DNA from: Archaeoglobus fulgidus DSM 4304
Lineage (GTDB): Archaea; Halobacteriota; Archaeoglobi; Archaeoglobales; Archaeoglobaceae
Direction: 5' to 3'
Assembly (NCBI RefSeq): GCF_000008665.1
Contig: NC_000917.1
Coordinates: forward strand, 1,440,001 to 1,472,000
Length of the DNA: 32,000 nucleotides
The position numbers were made by a program, and so were the translations under genes. Below, piece after piece: positions 1 through 8,088 of this stretch. Each line of letters starts with the position of its first letter. Position 1 is the stretch's first letter. The notes under the pieces are model-generated. The model saw nothing but the letters and a program-made list of their open reading frames with translations. It was not told the DNA's origin and made no database searches.

Positions 1-742
1 CGGGCAGCGTTTTTGCGAGCTCGTAGGCCTTATCGAAGTCCAGCCCCCTCAAAACATCCTCTATCATCTTCTCGCCTCCACAAACTGTCTGGACAAATTC
101 TTCGGTGTTCTCAGCCATCATGAAGGCGGTCCCTATGAGGGCTGCATCCACATACTGCAGAACAAAGAGCAAATCTTCCACGCTGCCAATTCCGCTCCCG
201 CTAACCTTGAAAGCCCTGATTTTTTCGGCAATTTTTGCTGTGACATCTATGCTTCCCCCATCCCTCTCCATGCGGTCAATGTCGCGGTTGTTTATCAGCA
301 CAGCCCTTGCGTTTTCGGCGTAAACCAAATCCTCAGCGTGATGAACCTCAACCAGAGGCTCGATGCCGTGCTCGAAGCAAAAATCAACCATTTCCGCAGT
401 TCTCTCCTTCAGATGCCTCGCTATGAGCAGCAAAGCTGCAGCCTCAACCTCAGCAGTTCTTTCAACCTCCTTTCTGCCCCTTATGAAGTCCTTCCTCAGA
501 ACGGGCAGATCGGTAAGCCCAACAATCTTCTTCAGCGTCTCGAAATTTCCGCTGAACTGCTCTGCTGTTATGTACGAAATCGCCGCTGCACCAGCTTTTT
601 CGTAGGCCCTCAAGATGTCCTCAATCCTCCTCCCTCTAAGCAAATCGCCGTGTATGGGGGATCGAACCTTAACCTCGGCAATGACTGCGTTCTTACCTCT
701 TTTGCTTGCTCCCTTCAACGAATCAACAAACCCAAAGTCCAT
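1..742 (-). CDS. trpC: Indole-3-glycerol-phosphate synthase (3' part runs off the left edge)
   Basis: Reverse-strand translation MDFGFVDSLKGASKRGKNAVIAEVKVRSPIHGDL...LRAYEKAGAAAISYITAEQFRGNFETLKKI...LPVLRKDFI...VEVHHAEDLVYAENARAVLINNRD has typical IGPS (beta/alpha)8 motifs. ATG complement at 740-742. Confidence 0.93.
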   Translation of the reverse strand, partial: MDFGFVDSLKGASKRGKNAVIAEVKVRSPIHGDLLRGRRIEDILRAYEKAGAAAISYITAEQFSGNFETLKKIVGLTDLPVLRKDFIRGRKEVERTAEVEAAALLLIARHLKERTAEMVDFCFEHGIEPLVEVHHAEDLVYAENARAVLINNRDIDRMERDGGSIDVTAKIAEKIRAFKVSGSGIGSVEDLLFVLQYVDAALIGTAFMMAENTEEFVQTVCGGEKMIEDVLRGLDFDKAYELAKTLP

Positions 743-823
743 CACCTGCTCCCACCATGTGGGATTAATCCCGCGAAGTGTATTTAAGCTTTTTGCTATA
801 GTATGGCAAAAAAGAGGTAAAAG

Positions 824-1477
824 TCACCTAAACTTTCTGATAAGAGATGATCCACCGAGAGCCGTTAAGGCTGCACCGACCTCAAATCCCGGAATGCCTC
901 CTTCAGGCTTTACTGTGCTGGCCTTAACCTCAATCATGAGATTTTCTATCTTCCTCCTCGCTTCTTCATCCAGCTGAGGTGTGAACCAAAGCTTCTTCAT
1001 CAGGTCTTCGGGAACGTAAACTGCCGGGTTTTCAAGCACCTCCTCGCTGACGTAGTTTCTCGCCTCTTTTACGGGTGAGGCGTACTTTATGTAGTCAGAG
1101 TTTCTGCCTGAGACCTCAGGGTCGAGCATGAAGTTTATGAACTCGTGAGCAAGCTCCACGTTCTCGGCATCTTTCGGAATGCACATGTTGTCCGTCCATA
1201 TCGTTCCGCCCTCCTCCGGAATTGCAAAGCTCGCCTGATCAACTCCCTCCTCATCCTGAAGCCTTACGATGTCTCCGTTGTAGGCGTGGGCTACGTAGAT
1301 GCTTCCGTTCTTCAGCCCCTCAACGTAAACGTTTGCTCCGGCGTAGGCTGCGAGATAGGGCTTCTGTCTTATAAGAGCTTCCTTAACCTCCTGCATCGTC
1401 TCGTCGCTCCAATCGTCAACGCTTTTGCCGAGAAAGGCCTTGCACGCCAGTATAACCTCAATCGGCTCCTCAAGCAT
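824..1477 (-). CDS. potD: Spermidine/putrescine ABC transporter substrate-binding protein, C-terminal half (frameshifted gene)
   Basis: ...MLEEPIEVILACKAFLGKSVDDWSDETMQEVKEALIRQKPYLAAYAG...VYVAHAYNGDIVRLQDE...FAIPEEGGTIWTDNMCIPKDAENVELAHEFINFMLDPE is the typical C-terminal portion of PotD. Confidence 0.85.
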   Translation of the reverse strand: MLEEPIEVILACKAFLGKSVDDWSDETMQEVKEALIRQKPYLAAYAGANVYVEGLKNGSIYVAHAYNGDIVRLQDEEGVDQASFAIPEEGGTIWTDNMCIPKDAENVELAHEFINFMLDPEVSGRNSDYIKYASPVKEARNYVSEEVLENPAVYVPEDLMKKLWFTPQLDEEARRKIENLMIEVKASTVKPEGGIPGFEVGAALTALGGSSLIRKFR

Positions 1478-2012
1478 CGTTATCTTCTTGGCTGTACTTC
1501 TTCAGGTAGCCGTAGTCGGGGTCAAAAATCTGCCTGAGGGTTGTGACCTTCTCCGCCAAATCGGATCTGTATCCGAAACCAGTCGTGCCCCACATGTAAA
1601 CAGCGCTGTACCTGCCTTCCGGGTCGTAGGGAGTTGATTTGAACTTCTCGTCAAGGTGAGGGTAATTGGGAATCAGGCTCTTGTTAAGCTCCATGAGCAA
1701 TCCCTCCTTTATCGCCACGTCAAGGATGTAGTCGGGGATGATGACAACATCGTATCCGCTCTTCCCAGCCTCAAGCCTCGAAAGGACGACGTTTGGGTCG
1801 TCATATTCATCGTAAACTATGTTCTCCCTTGGAATTCCTGCGTGGGCTGCAAATTCATCGAGTAAAGCCTCATCAATGTAGTAGCTCCAGTTCCAGATTT
1901 TAAGGCTGTTCTCCGCGGCTCTGGCTTTTGGCATTCTCAGGCCTCCAAAAAGCGTCATTCCCGCCACTCCAGCAGCAAGACCGATAAAACGCCTTCTCGT
2001 CAGTCTTGGCAT
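1470..2012 (-). CDS. potD: Spermidine/putrescine ABC transporter substrate-binding protein, N-terminal half (frameshifted gene)
   Basis: MPRLTRRRFIGLAAGVAGMTLFGG Tat-like signal, followed by SLKIWNWSYYIDEALLDEFAAHAGI...VVIIPDYILDVAIKEGLLMELNKSLIPN...MWGTTGFGYR, typical of PotD. Terminates at a TGA just before the continuation in another frame. Confidence 0.85.
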   Translation of the reverse strand: MPRLTRRRFIGLAAGVAGMTLFGGLRMPKARAAENSLKIWNWSYYIDEALLDEFAAHAGIPRENIVYDEYDDPNVVLSRLEAGKSGYDVVIIPDYILDVAIKEGLLMELNKSLIPNYPHLDEKFKSTPYDPEGRYSAVYMWGTTGFGYRSDLAEKVTTLRQIFDPDYGYLKKYSQEDNDA

Positions 2013-2043
2013 AGATTGAAGTGATGGAAGCTGAATAAATAAT

Positions 2044-2772
2044 TTACCTCTCGCTCACAGTGATTCTGACGTAAATATAAGACAGAAGAAGGGAGATTAC
2101 AATCATCAGAGAGGCGAGGGCGTTTATTGTAGGGCTTACAACACCTCTCGCGGCCTGAGACCATATGATTAACGGGAGAGTCTCGAATCCCGGCCCGGTG
2201 GTGAATACGGTCTTTATGAAGTTGTCCCATGAGAGAGTGAAGGCTATGAGCGAAGCTGCGATTATTCCGGGCATGAGAAGTGGCAGAGTTACCTTCCTGA
2301 AGGTCTGAAACTCGTTGGCTCCGAGTATGTACGAGGCTTCCTCGAACTCCCTTCTGAGGTTAGCGCCTCTTGCCGAAACTATCACGAAAACGAAGGCTAT
2401 GTTGAAGGCGGTGTGGCCTATCAGGACTGAGTAAAAGCCGAGGGGGAAGCCGAGAACTATGAAAAAGAGCAAAAGCGAAACGGCCTCCGTGATTTCGGGT
2501 ATTATTATCGGAGGGTAGAAAAGGGCGCTGAATGAGATCTGATCTCGCATGAAGGCGTAAGCCGCGAGTGTTCCGAGAATTACAGAGATGATGGTGGACA
2601 GCAAGGCGACGCCTATGCTGTTGAAGAATGCGCTGACAATCTCCCTGTCCTCCAGAAGGGCCTGATAGTTCCTCAGCGTAAAGCCGTCATCGTAGAAGGA
2701 GAGGGCTATCATGATCACGATGGGGATGTAGAGGAAGGCGAAGACTGCAATGGTGAAAGCCCTCAGAATCAT
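2044..2772 (-). CDS. potC: Spermidine/putrescine ABC transporter permease PotC-like
   Basis: Multi-TM binding-protein-dependent permease with EAA loop (EEASYILGANEFQTFRKVTLPLLMPGIIAASLIAFTLSWDNFIKT). Start moved to 2772 (MILRAFTIAVFAFLYIP), giving an ATGA overlap with the potB stop at 2769-2771. Confidence 0.9.
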   Translation of the reverse strand: MILRAFTIAVFAFLYIPIVIMIALSFYDDGFTLRNYQALLEDREIVSAFFNSIGVALLSTIISVILGTLAAYAFMRDQISFSALFYPPIIIPEITEAVSLLLFFIVLGFPLGFYSVLIGHTAFNIAFVFVIVSARGANLRREFEEASYILGANEFQTFRKVTLPLLMPGIIAASLIAFTLSWDNFIKTVFTTGPGFETLPLIIWSQAARGVVSPTINALASLMIVISLLLSYIYVRITVSER

Positions 2773-3515
2773 AGCTCCAGCCTCCCCGCCCTCTTTATAT
2801 AGTAAGCTGTGAAGGCAAACACAACAGCCAGGTAAATGACCGAGAGAGCAGAGCCCTTCCACCAGTTGTGGTATCTGATGAATAGCTCCCACGTGAGCGT
2901 TCCGAGCGTGGATGCTGAAACCCCGCCAAGCATCGCTGGTACGACGAACTCGCCGAGGGCCGGAACGAAAACGAGAAAAATGCCTGCAATCATCCCCTGC
3001 CTTGAGAGAGGCATTACCACCTTTAAAAAGGTTTTTATCGGGTCTGCGCCGAGCACGTATGAAGCCTCGATTGTCGAGACGTTCATCCTTTCCATTGCGG
3101 TGTATAGGGGCAGGATCATAAAGGGAAGGTAGTCGTAAACCATTCCAACCATCACCGCGGTGAAGGTGAACATTATGCCCAGCTTCGAGAGAATCGTCAT
3201 CAGGGCGTATGTTCTGAGGAGAAAGCTAATCCAGAAGGGCAGTATTACCGCGATGAGCAGGGCATTTTTCCACTTTCCGGCCTTAAGGGCTATGTAGTAC
3301 GCAACGGGGTAGGCAATTGCAAGACAGATTGCTGTGGTCAGAAAGGCGATGATGGCTGAGTTGAGGATGTAGCTGGCGTAAAGAGGATTGAGCACGTCTC
3401 TGAAGTGCTTTAGCGTGAATTCGGGATAGCCAAAAGCGTAAAGTATGACGATGGCGAATGGAATGTAGAAGAAAGCGAGAAGGAAGATGATTGAGGGGAG
3501 GGATAGTTTCTTCAT
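2769..3515 (-). CDS. potB: Spermidine/putrescine ABC transporter permease PotB-like
   Basis: [29 protein letters not shown]...EASYVLGADPIKTFLKVVMPLSRQGMIAGIFLVFVPALGEFVVPAMLGG. Confidence 0.9.
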   Translation of the reverse strand: MKKLSLPSIIFLLAFFYIPFAIVILYAFGYPEFTLKHFRDVLNPLYASYILNSAIIAFLTTAICLAIAYPVAYYIALKAGKWKNALLIAVILPFWISFLLRTYALMTILSKLGIMFTFTAVMVGMVYDYLPFMILPLYTAMERMNVSTIEASYVLGADPIKTFLKVVMPLSRQGMIAGIFLVFVPALGEFVVPAMLGGVSASTLGTLTWELFIRYHNWWKGSALSVIYLAVVFAFTAYYIKRAGRLEL

Positions 3516-4558
3516 GCCTCCAAGATTACCGCATCCCTACTATCCCAACCAACAATCACCCTTTCCCCTTCCCTAACATTTTCCTGCGGCGGGGCGAAGG
3601 CCTTCACTACAACATCGCCAGCCCTCAGCTTCAGCATCAAAAAGCTTCCGAGGTAGCCAATTTCCTCAACGACAGCCTCAAAGGTGTTCTCAGCCTGCTG
3701 GTTGATTTTAAGCTTTTCAGGGCGGATGGATATGCAGAACTCCCTCGCCCCATCAAGGCCGAAAACCCTCACCTTTCCGATTTCGGTGATGACCTCTCCG
3801 TTCACGACCCTTGCCTCCAGAAAGTTGGTTTCGCCTATGAATGAGGCGACGAACCTCGTTTTTGGCCTCTCGTAGATTTCCCTTGGCGTCCCAATCTGGT
3901 GGATTCTGCCTTCATTGAGGACGGCCAACCTGTCGGAAAGCAGCAAAGCCTCGCTCTGGTCGTGGGTGACGTAAATGAAGGTCGTTCCCAGCGTCTTCTG
4001 GATTCTTTTAAGTTCGGAAATCATGTGCTGCCTTATCTTTAAATCCAGAGCGCCGAGCGGCTCGTCGAGGAGCAGGATGGAAGGCTCGGTAACCAGAGCC
4101 CTCGCAATTGCAACCCTCTGCTGCTGCCCTCCAGATAGCTGCTCTACCTTCCTTTTTGCGTAAATCTCAGGGTCGAGGTTGACGAGTTCGAGGTAGCGGT
4201 AAACCCTATCCTTTATCTCACCTTCGGGAATCTTTCTCAGCCTCAACCCGTAGGCGACGTTTTCAAAAACGTTAAGATGGGGGAAGAGGGCGAGATTCTG
4301 AAACACCATACCGACGTTGCGCCTGTAGGGCGGTAAAGAGGTGCAATCCTCCCCGTTAATCCTCACAAAACCCTGATCGGGAAAGGTAAGTCCCGCAATT
4401 ATCCGTATGATTGTGGTTTTCCCGGAACCACTTGGGCCAAGCAGGGAGAAGAACTCACCCTGCTGAATCCTGAGATTTATGTCTTCGAGCACCGTAGTGC
4501 TGTCGTAGCTCTTTGAAATGCCCTCAAGTTCGACAGCGTAGCCAACCACAGAACACAA
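3512..4558 (-). CDS. potA: Spermidine/putrescine ABC transporter ATP-binding protein
   Basis: Walker [25 protein letters not shown] signature, Walker [14 protein letters not shown]-terminal TOBE-like region. Start codon in the track is TTG. Confidence 0.93.
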   Translation of the reverse strand: MCSVVGYAVELEGISKSYDSTTVLEDINLRIQQGEFFSLLGPSGSGKTTIIRIIAGLTFPDQGFVRINGEDCTSLPPYRRNVGMVFQNLALFPHLNVFENVAYGLRLRKIPEGEIKDRVYRYLELVNLDPEIYAKRKVEQLSGGQQQRVAIARALVTEPSILLLDEPLGALDLKIRQHMISELKRIQKTLGTTFIYVTHDQSEALLLSDRLAVLNEGRIHQIGTPREIYERPKTRFVASFIGETNFLEARVVNGEVITEIGKVRVFGLDGAREFCISIRPEKLKINQQAENTFEAVVEEIGYLGSFLMLKLRAGDVVVKAFAPPQENVREGERVIVGWDSRDAVILEA

Positions 4559-4920
4559 TCAATCCATTTTGTATAAAAAACTTTCGTGTCAGCCCAATTT
4601 TTTATCTAATGTTGATAAACATTCTAAATGCTTTTTACGCAGAAAAAAGAGCTTTAATTGGCATAAAATTGAAAATCAGAATTTCAAAAATTTATCAGAC
4701 CTTGGATAATGATTTTAGTTTTAAAAGGACAGTTTTTAGATTTTCAAAAACCAAAGTCGCTTTTAAGGACATTTTCCACTCTTTTGGACATCACCGGATT
4801 CGCTTGTTGGCGTTAGCACTTTGCATTCTTGGGAGTCTAGCCAACTTTTGGCATAGTTCAAAAAACAACTCCTCAAGCAACTCAAAAACTAATAAATATT
4901 GCAGCCCACTCCCAATTCTG

Positions 4921-6336
4921 ATGACTCTTCCATCGAAGGAAAACTTCTCAGAGTGGTATCACGAGGTCATTCAGACAGCAGAGATAATGGACGTCAGGTA
5001 TCCGGTTAAGGGGCTTTACGTATGGTTCCCCTTCGGCTTCAAAATCAGGCAGCTCGTTTACTCAAAGCTGAGAGAGATTATGGACAGGGAGCATGATGAG
5101 GTTTACTTCCCCGCCCTCATCCCTGAGACCGAGCTTGGCAAGGAGGGAGAGCACATAAAGGGCTTTGAGGACGAGGTTTACTGGATTACCCACGGCGGAC
5201 TAACGCCCCTTGACGTTAAGCTTGCTTTGAGGCCGACAAGCGAGACTGCAATGTATCCAATGTTCAGACTTTGGGTGAGAAACCACGCTGATTTGCCTTT
5301 GAAGGTTTACCAGATAGTAAACACCTTCCGCTACGAAACGAAGCACACGAGACCGCTCATCAGGCTGAGGGAGATCACGTCCTTCAAAGAGGCACACACC
5401 GTGCACAAAGACTTTGAAGAGGCAGCGGAGCACGTTAAGAAGGCCATAGGCTTCTATAAAGAGTTTTATGATTTCCTTGCCATTCCCTACATGGTCATCC
5501 GCCGTCCCGAGTGGGACAAGTTTCCGGGAGCGGCGTACACAATAGCATTCGACACAATAATGCCCGACGGCAGAACACTGCAGATAGGCACGGTTCACCA
5601 TTTAGCCGACAACTTCGCCAGAACTTTTGACATAAAGTATGAAGCGCCCAACGGCGAGCACTACTACGCCCACCAGACATGCTATGGAATTTCGGAGAGA
5701 TGCATTGCAGCTTTGATAAGCGTCCACGGAGACGACCTTGGCCTTGTGCTGCCCTTTGAGGTTGCACCAGTGCAGATAGTCATAATCCCAATTCTCTACA
5801 AGGGCAAGGAAGAGGCGGTAATGGAAGCTTGCAGAAAGCTGGCTGAGAAGCTGAAGGCCTTCAGAGTCGTTCTTGATGAAGGGGAGGACAGGCCGGGGGC
5901 GAAGTACTACAAGTGGGAGCTTAAGGGCGTGCCCATAAGATTTGAAATAGGGCCGAGGGATGCGGAGAAGGGGGTTGCGGTGGTTTCTTTCAGGGATGAA
6001 AAAAGGAAGTTTGAGGTTCCGCTGGATGAGGTAGATGAGGGCAAGGTTCTGGAGTGGGCAAGAGAGCTCAAGCAGAGGCTGAGGAATGCAGCAGCGGAAA
6101 GGATGGCAGAGAAAGTGAAGTTTGTTGAAAATACAGGCGAAATTGAAGAATGGGGCGGAGTAGTAGCGGTCTATCTTTGCAGCGATGAGGACTGCGGACA
6201 CAGCGTTGAAGAGCATGGAAAGAGCCTCCTCGGATGGTTTGAGGAGGTGCCAGACTGGTTGGATTTGGAGCCTGAGGGTAAGTGTGTTGTTTGTGGCAGA
6301 GAAGGTAGATTGGCGGCTCTAGCCAAGACTTATTAA
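4921..6336 (+). CDS. proS: Prolyl-tRNA synthetase (archaeal/eukaryotic type)
   Basis: [42 protein letters not shown]...[13 protein letters not shown]...[19 protein letters not shown]...[29 protein letters not shown]-rich TATA-like element at about 4891-4900, about 25 nt upstream, fits a leaderless ATG at 4921. Confidence 0.95.
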   Translation: MTLPSKENFSEWYHEVIQTAEIMDVRYPVKGLYVWFPFGFKIRQLVYSKLREIMDREHDEVYFPALIPETELGKEGEHIKGFEDEVYWITHGGLTPLDVKLALRPTSETAMYPMFRLWVRNHADLPLKVYQIVNTFRYETKHTRPLIRLREITSFKEAHTVHKDFEEAAEHVKKAIGFYKEFYDFLAIPYMVIRRPEWDKFPGAAYTIAFDTIMPDGRTLQIGTVHHLADNFARTFDIKYEAPNGEHYYAHQTCYGISERCIAALISVHGDDLGLVLPFEVAPVQIVIIPILYKGKEEAVMEACRKLAEKLKAFRVVLDEGEDRPGAKYYKWELKGVPIRFEIGPRDAEKGVAVVSFRDEKRKFEVPLDEVDEGKVLEWARELKQRLRNAAAERMAEKVKFVENTGEIEEWGGVVAVYLCSDEDCGHSVEEHGKSLLGWFEEVPDWLDLEPEGKCVVCGREGRLAALAKTY

Positions 6337-6540
6337 ATTATTTGAACAATAAATATATATTTTTCTCCCAACTGGCGCGAAAAGGAGTTAAAAATCCAGT
6401 TTTCAACCAAACCAATTAAAATATAACAGAAATTTTCCAAAACAGCCTTTTGATAGCTTTTTAGCTCGAATTTTCCCGTATGAAAACTGTTTAAAATCGT
6501 CGAAAAATTTAAATGTCAAAGGACATGAGATTATTTCCAG

Positions 6541-6590
6541 CCAGATTCGTGTGGTTTCGTTACAAATAGACCAACCCTGATAGAATCTGG
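6541..6590 (+). promoter_or_regulatory. Inverted repeat CCAGATTC...GAATCTGG upstream of speD (possible leader hairpin)
   Basis: Perfect 8-nt arms at 6541-6548 and 6583-6590; TATA-like AATTTAAAT about 25-30 nt upstream of the first arm. Confidence 0.3.
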
Positions 6591-6656
6591 CATAAAAGTT
6601 GGAAAACGCTCCGAATTTGGATATTTCCTTCAGGAGGTGAGAAAAAATGGAGGGTG

Positions 6657-7001
6657 ATGGCGATGATAGTCGGTCGGCATATTATCGCAGAACTGTACGG
6701 GGTGAAGGAGGAGCTTATCGCCAAAGAGGAGGTGGTACGCTCCATTGTGGAGGAGGTGGTGGATAAAGCAGAGCTTACGAAAGTAGGCAGCGTTTACAAA
6801 CAGTTCAATCCCCACGGCGTTACGGGGATTGTTTTGATTGCTGAAAGCCACGTTTCTATACACACATGGCCTGAATACGGGCTTGTTAACCTCGACATTT
6901 TCACGTGCGGTGATACAAGCAAGGTCGAGAAGGCCTTTAAGCTGTTCCTTGAGAAGTTCAAGCCAGAATCCTATCGCCACTACGTTCTTGACAGGGGGTA
7001 A
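6657..7001 (+). CDS. speD: S-adenosylmethionine decarboxylase proenzyme (short prokaryotic type)
   Basis: GRHIIAELYGV...FNPHGVTGIVLIAESHVSIHTWPEYGLVNLDIFTCGDTSKVEKAFKLF. The ESHVSIHTWPE motif contains the pyruvoyl-forming Ser. Start could be 6654 (GTG), 6657 or 6663. Confidence 0.95.
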   Translation: MAMIVGRHIIAELYGVKEELIAKEEVVRSIVEEVVDKAELTKVGSVYKQFNPHGVTGIVLIAESHVSIHTWPEYGLVNLDIFTCGDTSKVEKAFKLFLEKFKPESYRHYVLDRG

Positions 7002-7002
7002 A

Positions 7003-8025
7003 ATGGACAGGATTGTCAGGCAGATACTGGTAAAGCTCCTTGGAGGAGAAAGAAGCGTTTACGAGCTAATTTACTATCAGGATGCATCGCTGAGGGAGTT
7101 CTTTGAACTCCTCAACTCTTTGAGGGATGAGGGGCTGATTGAAGTTGAGAGCGGGAAAGTGAGGATTACCGAGAAGGGCAGGGAGGTTGCCGAGAAAGAG
7201 AGGCTAAAGTTCTGCGGAGATGTTGAGTGTGAGTGCTGTGAGGGTACGGGGCTTTCAATCAACCCCTATTTTAAGGAAATTTTGCAGAAGTACTCCGAAA
7301 TAGCCAAGGACCGCCCCGAAACCATTGAAGTCTATGATCAGGGATTCATCAGCCTTGAAGGTGTGATAAGGAGAGTTGAGTTCGTTTACGACAGAGGAGA
7401 TTTGAATGGCAGAATTTTTGTCGTCGGCGATGATGATCTATTCGGCATTGCCGCATCGCTGACGGGGATGCCTGAGAAGGTTGCTGTTGTGGACATCGAT
7501 GAGAGGCTAATCAACTTCATAAACAGGGTGGCTGAGGAGTATAGCCTCAACGTTGAGGCCTTTGTTTATGACGTCCAGCAGGCTTTTCCGGACGAGCTCA
7601 AAAGGAAGTTTGACGTCTTCGTCACCGATCCGGTAGAGACAATCCCCGGATTGAAGCTCTTCCTTTCGAGGGGGGTTTCAACGCTTAAGGGCGTTGGTGG
7701 AGCTGGATACTTCGGCATAACAACCCTTGAAGCTTCGAGAAGGAAATGGTACGAGATTCAGAGGATGATTCACGACATGGGCTTCATCATCACTGACCTC
7801 AGGAGGAGGTTCAACGTTTATCCTGAGGATGAGAAGAACTTCTTCAGATTTCAGGAGAAGCTGCCAATCGTGAGGCATCTGCAGGCGAAGGTGGACTTCA
7901 ACTGGTACAACTCAACTCTTTTCAGAATTGAGGCCGTGAAGGAGCCCAAGCCCATCGTAGAGGGAGAGATGATAATAGACGAGAAAGTTTACAAGGACGA
8001 CGAGAGCTGGGCGACCCCCTACTGA
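7003..8025 (+). CDS. bpsA: Branched-chain polyamine synthase-like protein (N4-bis(aminopropyl)spermidine synthase, DUF43 family)
   Basis: ATG 1 nt after the speD stop. N-terminal winged-helix-like region, Cys cluster CGDVECECCEGTG, then GRIFVVGDDDLFGIAASLTGMPEKVAVVDIDERLINFI...DVFVTDPVETIPGLKLFLSRGVSTLKGVGGAGYFGIT. Confidence 0.82.
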   Translation: MDRIVRQILVKLLGGERSVYELIYYQDASLREFFELLNSLRDEGLIEVESGKVRITEKGREVAEKERLKFCGDVECECCEGTGLSINPYFKEILQKYSEIAKDRPETIEVYDQGFISLEGVIRRVEFVYDRGDLNGRIFVVGDDDLFGIAASLTGMPEKVAVVDIDERLINFINRVAEEYSLNVEAFVYDVQQAFPDELKRKFDVFVTDPVETIPGLKLFLSRGVSTLKGVGGAGYFGITTLEASRRKWYEIQRMIHDMGFIITDLRRRFNVYPEDEKNFFRFQEKLPIVRHLQAKVDFNWYNSTLFRIEAVKEPKPIVEGEMIIDEKVYKDDESWATPY

Positions 8026-8088
8026 TCTCTTTTCCATTTTGGATTTTCAAATCGGCAAGCTTATATCTCCGTAACCTTACAAGCCCTA

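Noticed and set aside
338-977. Plus-strand ORFs opposite trpC and potD (338-787, 363-605, 615-977)
   Set aside because: Shadow ORFs antisense to strongly supported genes; their translations show no family features.
2000-2230. 76-aa minus-strand ORF inside potC
   Set aside because: Overlaps a well-supported permease gene in another frame, with no recognisable protein features.
4513-4920. In-frame 136-codon N-terminal extension of the prolyl-tRNA synthetase ORF
   Set aside because: Composition is low-complexity and AT-rich. A TATA-like element at about 4891-4900 is well placed for a leaderless ATG at 4921, where conserved ProRS sequence begins.
5200-6216. Minus-strand ORFs opposite prolyl-tRNA synthetase, including one of 204 aa
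   Set aside because: Long only because of coding bias on the real strand; no plausible domain or start context.
6838-7002. 55-codon N-terminal extension of the BpsA-like ORF
   Set aside because: Overlaps speD in another frame; the ATG at 7003 one nucleotide after the speD stop fits coupling and the start of the conserved sequence.
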